Source of the DNA: a virus
Lineage: Duplodnaviria; Caudoviricetes
Length of the DNA stretch: 64,000 nucleotides
Strand: one strand, 5' to 3'
IMG/VR virus record: IMGVR_UViG_3300031938_000001
Span: 8,828 to 72,827 of that record
Below the pieces are notes generated by a model, which was not told the DNA's origin, searched no databases, and saw nothing but the letters and a program-made list of their open reading frames with translations. This document shows positions 44,878 to 54,200 of this stretch, in pieces. The position numbers and the translations under genes were made by a program. The first letter of the stretch is position 1. The number at the start of each line of letters is the position of its first letter.

Positions 44878-46359
44878 TCAGTCTTCGTCTCGGAGAGCCG
44901 TATACAACTTACGGCGGAAGTTTCCATCCTCAACAACGTCATTGAAGATACGGCGCTTGCGCTTGAGGATCTGCTCGACGCGGTGCTCGACCGTGCCCTC
45001 GCAGATATACTCCCGGTATTGCACCGGCTGAGTCTTGTCCGCTCCGATCCGGTGGATGCGGTCCTCGGACTGCTCGTTCAACTTGGGGACGAACAACTTG
45101 TCCACTATGAGCATGTGGCGGGCCGCCGTCATGGTGAGGCCGACGCCAGCGACCTGATGCATGGCGACCATCACGGCGGGGCCGGGGTGGTCGGTCCACG
45201 CAGTCACAATCGGCTTGCGGCGTTCCTTGGGCACGTCACCGTGCAGCGACCAGTATGGCGCCAGCCCGCCGGGGCGGTGGTTCTCGATGCGCTCCTCGAT
45301 GGCGTGCAGGACGCCACGGAACTGCGTGAACACCACGACCTTCTGGCCGCTGTCGATCAGTTCCTCGAGGTCGTCCATCACGCGGTCCAACTTGTAGGAC
45401 TTGTCTGCGTAGCCCTCGATGGTCGCCGTCGTCCCGCAGATCTGCTTGAGACGGAGGAACATGGTGAGCGCGTTCTGGATGTCCTCGCCAGTCGCCTCTA
45501 CCGGGTCAGGGAGGTAGAGCTCTTCCTTCACCGCGTCGTAGAGGCTCTGCTGCTCGGGGTGCAGCGGCACCTTGATGACGATGTGCTGCTTGTCGGGCAG
45601 GTCGAGCACGTCGGCCTTGAGGCGCCGGATCATCAACCTGTTGAGGCGCTCGGTGAGTTCCTTCTCATTCTTGACGCCGACGATCTGCTTGTCCTTGAAC
45701 CCGCCGAAGACGCAGTAGCGGTTCTGGAAGACGTAGTAGTTGGGGTACTCCTCGGGCTTGACCCGGTGCAGCAGCGACCATAACTCGTTGACGTGGTTGA
45801 GCATCGGCGAGCCGGTCAGCGGGAGGTGGCGCTTCGCTAGAATCTTGTGGCACGCCTTGGTCCGCTTCGACCGAGGGTTCTTCATGAGGTGGGCCTCGTC
45901 GTAGATCGCCACGTCGAACTCGAGGGCGTTGAAGTCGTTGACGTACTTGTCCACCTGCTCGTAGTTGACCACGAGGATCTTCGGGTCGTCCCAACGAGTG
46001 AACTCCTCGAGTTGGGACGCCCGGCCGGCCGGGGTGTGGTCGCGCCACTGGCCTTCGTCGTTGAGGTACTGGCCGAGCACCATCACGTTGCGGAACAGCG
46101 TGTGCTCCATGATCTCGTCATACCAGTTGCCCTTGAGCGTGGCCGGTGCGACGACCAGCAGGCGGCTCGCCCACTTCGCCTCCACGTCCACGGCGAACAC
46201 GGTCAGGGCCTCGACTGACTTGCCGAGCCCCATCTCGTCGGCGATGATCGCCGATCCCATGCGGGCGACTTCGCGCACGCCATCGACCTGATGGGGGTAG
46301 TAGTTGAGCGTGTCGGGAATCCACGTCAGGGACTTGCGCGCTGCTGGGGCAATGGTCAT
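44878..46359 (-). CDS. SNF2-family helicase/ATPase
   Basis: ADEMGLGKS, YDEAH..KN, LTGSP..N...ELW, RRLK.DV, VVFTQF, EDRIHRIG; ATG 46359. Confidence 0.92.
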   Translation of the reverse strand: MTIAPAARKSLTWIPDTLNYYPHQVDGVREVARMGSAIIADEMGLGKSVEALTVFAVDVEAKWASRLLVVAPATLKGNWYDEIMEHTLFRNVMVLGQYLNDEGQWRDHTPAGRASQLEEFTRWDDPKILVVNYEQVDKYVNDFNALEFDVAIYDEAHLMKNPRSKRTKACHKILAKRHLPLTGSPMLNHVNELWSLLHRVKPEEYPNYYVFQNRYCVFGGFKDKQIVGVKNEKELTERLNRLMIRRLKADVLDLPDKQHIVIKVPLHPEQQSLYDAVKEELYLPDPVEATGEDIQNALTMFLRLKQICGTTATIEGYADKSYKLDRVMDDLEELIDSGQKVVVFTQFRGVLHAIEERIENHRPGGLAPYWSLHGDVPKERRKPIVTAWTDHPGPAVMVAMHQVAGVGLTMTAARHMLIVDKLFVPKLNEQSEDRIHRIGADKTQPVQYREYICEGTVEHRVEQILKRKRRIFNDVVEDGNFRRKLYTALRDED

Positions 46360-46565
46360 GAGCGCGTCACCGCCGTCTTTTCGACCTTGGCGGCGATGTC
46401 GAACGGCGGGGCTTCCATCCCCGCTTCGAGGAACAGCATCTTGGCCTCCTCGTACTTGGAGGCCGCCGAGGTGCGGATGGTCTCCGCTTGACGCTCGCGC
46501 TCTGTCGCCTCGGCGAGCGAACCCATGGCGCTCGCCATCAGCGAGTATGCCTTCTGGAGAGACAT
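46356..46565 (-). CDS. small helical hypothetical protein
   Basis: MSLQKAYSLM...; ATGA overlap with the helicase start. Confidence 0.6.
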   Translation of the reverse strand: MSLQKAYSLMASAMGSLAEATERERQAETIRTSAASKYEEAKMLFLEAGMEAPPFDIAAKVEKTAVTRS

Positions 46566-46633
46566 TTGGTGCTCCGTTGTGTTTGCCGGTGTCGGGCCGG
46601 GTTTGGCGGGGTTTACGTCGGTAACGTAGCACA

Positions 46634-46664
46634 GCCGGGGCGGGGTTTGGCACCCCGCCCCGGC
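46634..46664 (-). terminator. hairpin in an intergenic region
   Basis: GCCGGGGCGGGG / CCCCGCCCCGGC 12-bp stem. Confidence 0.55.
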
Positions 46665-46782
46665 GTGTCGCATGAATGTTGTTACAGCCGTGTGATTTGT
46701 CCGAATCGAACGGGCGTTCGATCGGGTCCGTCGGGCTTTGGCCTCGAGCGCATCCGGGCCATGGACATGATTCCGACTCTAC

Positions 46783-46956
46783 TCAGGTTTCGAGTTCGGT
46801 GTCCTCGATCTCGCCCAGCCAAGACAGAACCGGATCATGGGTGACCCCATGGAGGCGCTCGTACGCCTCGTTGCTCAGCCCGGTCGCGTCGGACGGGTCA
46901 ATGTTCTCGTTGTCGTCAGGATCGCCGACCTCCACGCGGATGATCAGTGTCGCCAT
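46783..46956 (-). CDS. 57-aa acidic peptide (not in the ORF track)
   Basis: MATLIIRVEVGDPDDNENID...ELET*; RBS ggaggtg. Confidence 0.6.
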   Translation of the reverse strand: MATLIIRVEVGDPDDNENIDPSDATGLSNEAYERLHGVTHDPVLSWLGEIEDTELET

Positions 46957-47284
46957 GCTCGTTCACCTCCCTCCCGAGGTTGAAGGTATATCCGTTGCCG
47001 TCCCACTCGGTCGTGACCGGCAGGAGCGTTGAGCCGCGACCGCACTCGTCGCTGGCCTCGATGTAGAGGTTGATGTTGCACTCGCCCATATCGGAGAGCA
47101 ATCGCTCACTCGGCGAACAGGCGCACTCCTCCACGCAGGCGGGATTCGCGCACACCATGTGGCAGTCGGAATGAGGCGGAGCTTGACAGATGAACCTCAC
47201 GCGCGGCGGATCGTAGGCGCGGTCACCGAGGCCGAAGTCGATCTCGACAAAGTGATACTCGTCGGTGCGGTCAGGATCGGCCAT
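46916..47284 (-). CDS. Cys-rich hypothetical protein
   Basis: ATG 47284; CQ...CH..C...C..EC.C. Confidence 0.6.
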   Translation of the reverse strand: MADPDRTDEYHFVEIDFGLGDRAYDPPRVRFICQAPPHSDCHMVCANPACVEECACSPSERLLSDMGECNINLYIEASDECGRGSTLLPVTTEWDGNGYTFNLGREVNEHGDTDHPRGGRRS

Positions 47285-47711
47285 GGACTGCCTCCATTGC
47301 TTCCACCCACCGGGTGACGGTGGCATCGGTCAGGGTCCACGTGTGCCGAGCGAGCCGGGAGATGATCTTCTCGGCGAACGTCCCGGCATACGCATCGGCG
47401 GCGTCGTCGCCAGCCACGACGACGAGGATGGCTCGCGCCAGTAGCAGCGTGCCGCCCTCGCCGGGGGTCCACTCGTACGTCGTGGTCCACTCGTCCTCGC
47501 CCAGCCCGAGCGGGATGGACTCGCCGCCCGGAATCTCGCGCAGCACAATCGTCTCGCCGGGCTCGGCGCCGAGGCGTATGCCCCAAAACTGAGGCTCGGC
47601 GACTTCCTCAAGGCGCTTCTCGTACATCGCACGCGCCTCCTCGGGCTCGGCGAACGGGGCTACGACCCCGGTGTCGTAGAACCACTTCGGCGCGTCAGGC
47701 ACGGGACTCAC
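47271..47711 (-). CDS. hypothetical protein
   Basis: 146 aa in the operon direction. Confidence 0.65.
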   Translation of the reverse strand: MSPVPDAPKWFYDTGVVAPFAEPEEARAMYEKRLEEVAEPQFWGIRLGAEPGETIVLREIPGGESIPLGLGEDEWTTTYEWTPGEGGTLLLARAILVVVAGDDAADAYAGTFAEKIISRLARHTWTLTDATVTRWVEAMEAVHGRS

Positions 47712-47910
47712 CCATGCGAGCCAGCCGAGTCAGTTGCGCGGCCAGTAGCCCGGCCTCGTCCATCGAGAGCGCGCCACGGTGCACCGCATACACGGTGTCG
47801 CCCACGCGCACGGCGATGGACGAGGCCGCAATCTCGGCATCTACCTCGAGCGGCTTGCCGCTGATCGCATTCTCCACCGTCATGCCGATGCGGGCCGTCT
47901 CATTCACCAT
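47695..47910 (-). CDS. hypothetical protein
   Basis: ATG of MVNETARIG at 47910. Confidence 0.55.
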   Translation of the reverse strand: MVNETARIGMTVENAISGKPLEVDAEIAASSIAVRVGDTVYAVHRGALSMDEAGLLAAQLTRLARMGESRA

Positions 47911-48136
47911 GAGGGTTGTCCCACACGAGTTTGATGATGTCCTCGACAGTCGCCGCGTCGTCCTCGTCTCCGCGAATGCAGGACTCGCAGATAAATGCAT
48001 CAGGGACCGGGCCGCCGCCGGAGAGGCCAGCATAGAAGGCGCGATTGATGCGCAGTCCGAGCGTCTCGAGGTCGTTGTCGATCTCGACGTTGCCACAGAG
48101 GTTGCAGACAAGGGCCTTGACCCTCTTGGTCGCCAT
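47900..48136 (-). CDS. Zn-binding hypothetical protein
   Basis: CNLC...CESC. Confidence 0.65.
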   Translation of the reverse strand: MATKRVKALVCNLCGNVEIDNDLETLGLRINRAFYAGLSGGGPVPDAFICESCIRGDEDDAATVEDIIKLVWDNPHGE

Positions 48137-48144
48137 CTCTGAGC

Positions 48145-48816
48145 TCACCCCTGTCCGGCGCGAGCGAAGCACCCCGAGCACACCTCGGGGCCACGCAGCA
48201 TCCGGTCCTCGAGGTTCGGGTAGGTCACTCCGCAGGGGCCGTTGCTGCCGACGATGCCGAGGCAGCGCACCCGCCCCTCGTAGTTGCCGTCCTCCAAGGG
48301 CTCGACGTGATACTCGACCATGCGCTCGATGCGCGTGCCGATGGAGTCCTCGCCGGGGCCAGCGAACGGGTTGGGGTAGGTCTGATCGAACTCCACCACG
48401 TCGCCGCTGCTCGCCGCGAGCCGGTCGTGCGCGGGCCGCGCGGGGCCGCTGCCGTCCGCAGCGGGCGGGGAGGCGTCGTTGGCCGGGTCGGGCTCGCTCG
48501 GGCGCCCGGCGGGGCTGGAATCGCCGTCAGCGAGCAGGCTTGCCTCCTCGTCGTGGTTGCGGTTGCACGCGAGGCACTGGCCGGTGTCGGCGGAGTGCTT
48601 GGCGGCGAGGATGCCGCAGAAGTACGAGGCCATGGCGGGGTCGCCAGCGGCAGCGCGCAGCAGGGCCGCGAGCGCTTCTCGCTGGTCGTCGTTGAGGTCG
48701 TCGATGAGTCGGTAGACCGAGTGCGACGCGGCGGAGTGCTCCATCCGGTGCCGCTCGATCTGCTCGCGCACCTCCGGCGGAAGGTCGTCAGGCGTGAAAA
48801 ACATGAACTCAGACAT
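48145..48816 (-). CDS. hypothetical protein with Cys motifs
   Basis: CLACNRNH; VRCLG...C...CSGC; RBS aggag. Confidence 0.7.
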   Translation of the reverse strand: MSEFMFFTPDDLPPEVREQIERHRMEHSAASHSVYRLIDDLNDDQREALAALLRAAAGDPAMASYFCGILAAKHSADTGQCLACNRNHDEEASLLADGDSSPAGRPSEPDPANDASPPAADGSGPARPAHDRLAASSGDVVEFDQTYPNPFAGPGEDSIGTRIERMVEYHVEPLEDGNYEGRVRCLGIVGSNGPCGVTYPNLEDRMLRGPEVCSGCFARAGQG

Positions 48817-48862
48817 TGGCGTGCCGTCTCCTGTGTCAGGGTTGTGCGGGTCAATAGAGATA

Positions 48863-48910
48863 CAACACCCCCGGTCGCCTCCCCCTCAAGAGGTGTGACC
48901 GGGGGTGTTG
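48863..48910 (-). terminator. hairpin with a U-rich tail downstream of the SSB-like gene
   Basis: CAACACCCCCGGTC / GACCGGGGGTGTTG; the minus strand continues TATCTCTATT. Confidence 0.6.
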
Positions 48911-48965
48911 CCTGTGGGGTGACGGGGGGCGCGTGAACAAGGCAGAACACTACCCCCCGCCACCG

Positions 48966-49793
48966 TCAGAAGGGCGGCTCGTCGTCGGCCGCGTACGAAG
49001 GCGCTTCCGTCGGGGTGGCACCGCCGTCGCCCTTGCGGGGCTCCGTGGGCTCCTCGGTGGACCGCTGAGACTGCAGGAACTCCCTGATCTGCCGGTAGTT
49101 CTGCGCGTACTCAGGGTAGTCCACCTCCTCGGTCGCTGCCTTCTTCTGGAAGATCGGCGTCGCATAGTCCACCGATCCCCGCTTCTCGGCGCGGAGGCTG
49201 ATCTCCGTGACCGCCGTGTAGAGCGGCTGGCGAGCGCGGGCGAACCCGCTGGTGTACGCCTTGGACGCCTTGATGCCGGACCGCTGCAGGGTCAGGATGG
49301 CGGGCATCCAGTTGTCCTCACCCGCGTTGAGCATGAGCGGGTAGGTGTGCTGCTCACTGCACCACGGCGTGCTGCCCTTGGGGTTGGTGCCCCACTCCTT
49401 GAGCGCACACGAGTTACACGCGAGCGAGGGGTGCTCGGCGTCCGCCGCCGCGTCCTCGGCAGCCCGGCGGTCGAAGCCGGACTCCTTCCACGGGAACTCC
49501 TTGACGAACGGGAGCCCGTTGTGGAAGTCGAGCGAGCGGCACAGCGGGCCGTCGCCGTCCTCGACCTCGGGCGCCCACAGGATGCGCTGCTTGACGAGGC
49601 CGAGCAGGATCACAGTGATCTTGCCGTGGCGCTCGCCGGTGAGGTTGTCCTCGAACTCCGCATCCTTGCCGACGATGCGGAGGCGCGGCATTACGAGGTC
49701 GGATGCCTCAAAGTCTTCGAGGCCCTCGATGCCGCTGTCGCTGCTGGTCGCCACGGCCGTCGATGCGGCTTCATGGCGTGCGATTTCACTCAC
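48966..49793 (-). CDS. putative single-stranded DNA-binding/annealing protein
   Basis: Acidic C-terminal tail ending DDEPPF; Cys motif CRS...CNSC...WC; GTG 49793. Confidence 0.55.
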   Translation of the reverse strand: MSEIARHEAASTAVATSSDSGIEGLEDFEASDLVMPRLRIVGKDAEFEDNLTGERHGKITVILLGLVKQRILWAPEVEDGDGPLCRSLDFHNGLPFVKEFPWKESGFDRRAAEDAAADAEHPSLACNSCALKEWGTNPKGSTPWCSEQHTYPLMLNAGEDNWMPAILTLQRSGIKASKAYTSGFARARQPLYTAVTEISLRAEKRGSVDYATPIFQKKAATEEVDYPEYAQNYRQIREFLQSQRSTEEPTEPRKGDGGATPTEAPSYAADDEPPF

Positions 49794-49843
49794 GTGAACC
49801 ACTTTCTCTTGGGGTTGTGTTGTGTCGTTGGCCAGTGAACGGG

Positions 49844-50302
49844 TTACTTCGACGCCTTCACTGCGGCATAGAAGTGGAGCAACCCGCCGAGTTCCTCCAG
49901 TCGCGCAGCCTCCACGCGCGCCGTGAGGCGCGCAACGTCGGCGTCACGCTCGGCCTGCTCGTGCTTGCCCGCCGCCTCGTCGCGTTGTGCCCGTAGGTCA
50001 CGCAGCGCCTCGTCGGTGTGCAGCACCACCTTGATGTGTTTCTCGAAGGCAGCCATGCTCATCTCCGAGTTGGCTGCCCGCTCGTCGGAAGTGAGCTCTA
50101 TCTCACGATCAGCGATCAGTGAGTCGAACTTCTTCCGGTTCGCGTTCGCCACCCCGGCGTCGTCCCGAGCGGTGGTGTACGCGACCACGGCCGCCTTGGC
50201 GGCTTCGTAGGCGCGGTCCACCCCGAGGGCACCCTCGGCATACGCGCGAGCGCGTGCCTCGGGGTTCGCGGGCTTGCTGGCTTCGGTCGGCACGGTGATC
50301 AC
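49844..50302 (-). CDS. coiled-coil hypothetical protein
   Basis: Ala/Glu/Arg-rich helices. Confidence 0.65.
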   Translation of the reverse strand: MITVPTEASKPANPEARARAYAEGALGVDRAYEAAKAAVVAYTTARDDAGVANANRKKFDSLIADREIELTSDERAANSEMSMAAFEKHIKVVLHTDEALRDLRAQRDEAAGKHEQAERDADVARLTARVEAARLEELGGLLHFYAAVKASK

Positions 50303-50387
50303 CCTAGCGGGTGGGTGCGACGGTCGGGGCGGGTTGACGCGCCGTGGATGGGGATTCCCATCGCCGATTTGCTATCGGCCATTGCAC

Positions 50388-50720
50388 TCACGCCTTCAAC
50401 CATCCTCGCTCGTGATATCGGATTCTTTTGAACTTCATCCAGCGAATGAGTTCAGCTTCCTCGACGCGCCAATCGGGCTTTTCTCCGAGTGGTGCGATGT
50501 TCAGCGCGAGCAGTCTGTCTTTCCTGCGCGCGCCGAGGGTTCGTTGGTCGAAGTGGATGTACTTCACACGCATGGCTCGGAGTTCGAGATCGAGAATGCT
50601 GGCGATCTGGTCCAGCGTGTAGAGAAACGGTCGGGCTGGGAGGCCGACCGACTCGGGTCGCGGGGCGCCCAATGAAAGCCTCCTGTCGGGGAAAGTGATG
50701 TGGGGCGGGTTCCCGACCAT
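50388..50720 (-). CDS. putative helix-turn-helix DNA-binding protein
   Basis: FLYTLDQIASILDL...WRVEEAELIRW, an excisionase-like layout. Confidence 0.55.
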   Translation of the reverse strand: MVGNPPHITFPDRRLSLGAPRPESVGLPARPFLYTLDQIASILDLELRAMRVKYIHFDQRTLGARRKDRLLALNIAPLGEKPDWRVEEAELIRWMKFKRIRYHERGWLKA

Positions 50721-50815
50721 AGGAACCCGCCCCACCATGCCGAACCGACCCGACAGTCTGCGGCTACCGCTTAGGCTACACCACACCCATCGGTCGGTCG
50801 AGCATCGTCAGCGGC

Positions 50816-51889
50816 TCAGGCGCTCGCCTTCGCCTCGGCCTTGGCCGCCTTGCGAGCCGCGCTGGCCTCCGCCTTGAGAGCGGAGAGGCCCTTCTCCCGG
50901 CCGGCGTCGGTGTAGTCACCGAACGCCTTCGGCTTGGGGGAGAGGGTGGCGAAGCCGATGCCCTCCCAGCGGTCGAGGACGGCCGAGACGGCGCCGGTCG
51001 AGGGAGCCTTCTCCGCGCCACGCCGCTGCTGGACCTCCTTGGCGATCCGGTGCGGCGTGAGGCTCTCGCCCTCGGCGAGGGTGATCTTGCCGGTCACAAA
51101 GTCGTCCGTGACGGCCTTGACCTCGGGCTCGAGGTCGGTGCGCGCGGCGCGCTCCCGCTTCGGCTTGTCCTCGGCCACGGCCTCCGCGACCGGCTCGGTG
51201 CTGGCAGCCTCGGCGCGAGCGGCCTCGGCCTGTTCGTCGGCCTCGCGCTCGGTGTCGGTGCGCGCGTCGGCCACCGCTTCCTCGGCGGGGACCTCGACGG
51301 CCACCGATGCCACGCCCTCGGGCTTGTCGTACTCGAAGTCCTCGGTGGGCTCGGCCACCGCGACCTCCTCGTGCTGCGTGTCGCTCACTTCGACCTCCAT
51401 GTTTGGGACGCTTCCCGGCTTGGGAAGACCATCAGTAACGTTACTCGACAAGAGCACGTCACGCAAGGATGGTCCGAATCTTTTTCCAGTCGAGCGCTCC
51501 CACCCGGTGCCGAACACGTCGTCGAGGTACTCGCGGTGACACTCGCAGGTGCAAGGGATCTGGTCGTTATACTTCGCCTCCTTGCGGGTGCCGGGAGAGA
51601 AGAACCACACCTTGCATCGGGTGTGCGCCTCCAGTGGGGTGGTTTGCATGCACCACCCACTGATGGTGCGGGTCGGCTCGAGGCGCGGCCCGTCATACGC
51701 TGGCAAGGTGATGCGCTCGGGCGCCCGAAGTCGAGGTGGGGCAATGTCGCGCGCCGGGCTCGGCGATGTCGGTGCCGTGTGCTCCGCCGGGCCGCCGGAT
51801 GTCAGCGACATGGGTTCCGTCTCGACTCCGAGCGCAGCGGCGAACAGGTCTTCGACCTCGGCGTTCTTGTTGGTGATGATCCCGGTCAC
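50816..51889 (-). CDS. hypothetical protein: Cys-containing N-terminus, acidic linker, winged-HTH-like C-terminus
   Basis: CTCECH; LTPHRIAKE...STGAVSAVLDRW; possible internal GTG start at 51388 with RBS ggagg. Confidence 0.6.
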   Translation of the reverse strand: MTGIITNKNAEVEDLFAAALGVETEPMSLTSGGPAEHTAPTSPSPARDIAPPRLRAPERITLPAYDGPRLEPTRTISGWCMQTTPLEAHTRCKVWFFSPGTRKEAKYNDQIPCTCECHREYLDDVFGTGWERSTGKRFGPSLRDVLLSSNVTDGLPKPGSVPNMEVEVSDTQHEEVAVAEPTEDFEYDKPEGVASVAVEVPAEEAVADARTDTEREADEQAEAARAEAASTEPVAEAVAEDKPKRERAARTDLEPEVKAVTDDFVTGKITLAEGESLTPHRIAKEVQQRRGAEKAPSTGAVSAVLDRWEGIGFATLSPKPKAFGDYTDAGREKGLSALKAEASAARKAAKAEAKASA

Positions 51890-52518
51890 GGAAGAACGAC
51901 CCCCTTCTCCTTGTCGTACATCTCGATGGCGCGACGGATGCCGAAGCAGCACCACAGGAAATGCGGGGTGTAGTCACTGAAGTCCCACTCCCACGTGTCG
52001 TAGAACTCGACCGTCTTGGGTGCGCCAAGGGGGTGCTCGAGGTCCATGTAGACGTGACTGAACTCGGAGACGAGCGTGTGCGCCTCGTTGTTCGAGTAGA
52101 CTTGATCGTCTAGGAGCTCAGACTTCACGGCCTTCACGAAGCCCTCTCGTGCGACCTCTGGCAGGCCCTCGAGAACGTCGTCTGCGTGCTCCTTGACGAG
52201 GCGCTTGAACTTCTCCTCCGAGAACTCTTTCGTCTGTCCAGCGACGCACTTCTCGGCCCAATAGCCGGGATTGATATCCCTCCCCGAGCGGAAGAACTCG
52301 AACATGTCCTCGAGTCGAGAGAACACGAACGAGCCCATGTCTCCGTTGATCACGAGGCGGCCCGGCCACGACAGCACTTCATACCAGTAGAATGAAGTGC
52401 CGGGCTTCTTGATGAGAAGGTATCGGTAGATCTCATGGTCGTGCTTGATCATCAAGATGTGCTCGGCGGTGTCCTTGGTGAAGCGCTCCGCCTCCTTGGG
52501 GTAGCTCTTACTCTCCAC
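51886..52518 (-). CDS. hypothetical protein of a type recurrent in phages
   Basis: YRYL..KKPGTSFYWYE..SWPG.L.I.GDMG..VFSRL.DMF.FFR. Confidence 0.75.
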   Translation of the reverse strand: MESKSYPKEAERFTKDTAEHILMIKHDHEIYRYLLIKKPGTSFYWYEVLSWPGRLVINGDMGSFVFSRLEDMFEFFRSGRDINPGYWAEKCVAGQTKEFSEEKFKRLVKEHADDVLEGLPEVAREGFVKAVKSELLDDQVYSNNEAHTLVSEFSHVYMDLEHPLGAPKTVEFYDTWEWDFSDYTPHFLWCCFGIRRAIEMYDKEKGVVLP

Positions 52519-52945
52519 TGTGCTTCTCCTTAAGGTGATTGTTCAGGTGCCGAAGTGCTCGGTTCCAGTCCCACGAGAGGATGTTCCACCCGCAGGGGCA
52601 CAGCCCGTGCCATTTCCAAGGCGTTCGACCCTCGTTCGCGTAGCGCAAGAACAGTCGGGGCCTTGCCGGTGCGCCCGCGACGGCTGCCGCGAGGACCATG
52701 CGCCATCCGGTGAGCGAGCGCGGCCCGAAGTGGCCCAGCCAAGTGCGCTCGGCCCCCTCCTCCTCGCCGCGAGCGTGCCGCTGGAGGGCATAGTGGACGA
52801 CCATCGTGTCGTTGCTATCCCGAGGAAAGCCGACATCCCGAAGAAAGCCAATACGCTCGGCCATCTTCAGGCCCGACTCTAGGTTGATCGGATCGACGTT
52901 GACACCCGGCGTCAGGCGCCTGCCATCCCACGTCCTCGCCGTCAT
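52508..52945 (-). CDS. hypothetical protein with a C-terminal C2H2-like motif
   Basis: CPCG...H...H. Confidence 0.55.
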   Translation of the reverse strand: MTARTWDGRRLTPGVNVDPINLESGLKMAERIGFLRDVGFPRDSNDTMVVHYALQRHARGEEEGAERTWLGHFGPRSLTGWRMVLAAAVAGAPARPRLFLRYANEGRTPWKWHGLCPCGWNILSWDWNRALRHLNNHLKEKHSGE

Positions 52946-53691
52946 GACTCCTCCTTGACGTACTCAAAGGGCTTGACGTTTCGGACGGCGCCGCGCGGCA
53001 CCAGCACCTCAGACTCGCCACGTCGGGACAGGTAGCCGATGGCCGCCGACTTATCCACCTCGCCGGACACCAGTGGGTCGCTGGCGTTGAAGCGGTGGGC
53101 AAAGAAGTGAGCGATCTTCGGGTCGAGCGACCATGAGTAGCCGCCGTCCTCGATGTCACCTCGGTAGAGCGTGAGCACGTCGGGCAGCGCGGCGAACTCC
53201 TCGATCTCGCGTTCGGACGCGAGCACCAGTCCATCGGCGTCGGCCAGCATGGCGTCCCACTCGGCGACGTGCTGCTCAAGGTTCTCGCTGTCCACCCACA
53301 CGTCAGCGGCTAGGTCGCGCACGGACTGCGCGTGCTGGCTCAACGGGATGGGGTCGCCACCCTCGTCGTCATAGCGGCCGACGATGTACTCAATGAGCGC
53401 CCACGTCCGATATGGACGTTCGTGCAGGAACACCGCCCTGTGCCAGTCGCCCTCGCGAATGGCCTCCTCGAGATGGGCCTTCTTCTGCCTGTAGCCCTCG
53501 TTGGAGCGCCCCGGCAGCATGAGTGGGATCTCGTAGATCAGAGGGTGGCGCAGCATCTTGCCGAACGTCGCGCTCTCCTCGACGTACCCCTCCAATTCGG
53601 GGAGCAGTGGCTCCTTGGACCACTTCTCCATCTGCTCCATGAAGGCCATGGGGTCCTTCAGGTCGCCTGTTGCATCGCTTCTTGTAGCCAT
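52942..53691 (-). CDS. putative ADP-ribosyltransferase-fold protein (R-S-E type)
   Basis: TLYRG...YSWSLD..IA.FFA...GESEVLV; ATG 53691 with RBS ggagga. Confidence 0.55.
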   Translation of the reverse strand: MATRSDATGDLKDPMAFMEQMEKWSKEPLLPELEGYVEESATFGKMLRHPLIYEIPLMLPGRSNEGYRQKKAHLEEAIREGDWHRAVFLHERPYRTWALIEYIVGRYDDEGGDPIPLSQHAQSVRDLAADVWVDSENLEQHVAEWDAMLADADGLVLASEREIEEFAALPDVLTLYRGDIEDGGYSWSLDPKIAHFFAHRFNASDPLVSGEVDKSAAIGYLSRRGESEVLVPRGAVRNVKPFEYVKEES

Positions 53692-54200
53692 CGTTCCTCC
53701 GATTCGGGGCTCCATCTGCGTACCTGTGGGTGGTTGCGCCAACGGATGTTGACGTAGATCTCATCTTCTCGACTATCCCAATAGGAGTTGTGACTTCCCT
53801 CTATCTCGATGTCGATGGGCACCGAGCCAGCCAATACCTCGGCATCGAATCCCTGGATGTCCTTATACTTCGGATCCTCGTTCTTGAGCAGGTTCATGCC
53901 ACAGGCCGAGCACTCGATCTTGATCTCACCGAAGTCCACGCACAACTCCCAGAGATGCTGCGGGCACGCCTTCTCCCTTTCGAGTTGGGCTAGGCGCCGT
54001 TCCTCCTTGAGGCGCTCGCGCTTCTTATAGTCGTAGTCCTTGCAGGCGGATACGAACTTGATCAAGATGGCATCCTCGCGCCTGCGCCAGAAGTCCTCCT
54101 CCATGACCTCGGAGGCGACCTCGTAGCAGCGAGAACGGTCACGCCAGTCGATGACGTTCTCGTCCTCGCTGCTACGAATGGGCCAGTCGTGGACCCTCAT
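53658..54200 (-). CDS. hypothetical protein
   Basis: 180 aa, charged, CPQH...CSAC; visibly more A/T-rich than neighbours. Confidence 0.6.
   Translation of the reverse strand: MRVHDWPIRSSEDENVIDWRDRSRCYEVASEVMEEDFWRRREDAILIKFVSACKDYDYKKRERLKEERRLAQLEREKACPQHLWELCVDFGEIKIECSACGMNLLKNEDPKYKDIQGFDAEVLAGSVPIDIEIEGSHNSYWDSREDEIYVNIRWRNHPQVRRWSPESEERWLQEAMQQAT

Noticed and set aside
47900-48136. Lsr2-like protein (MATKRVKAL resembles MAKKVTVTL)
   Set aside because: Has CxxC instead of the Lsr2 DD motif and no AT-hook-like RGR domain.
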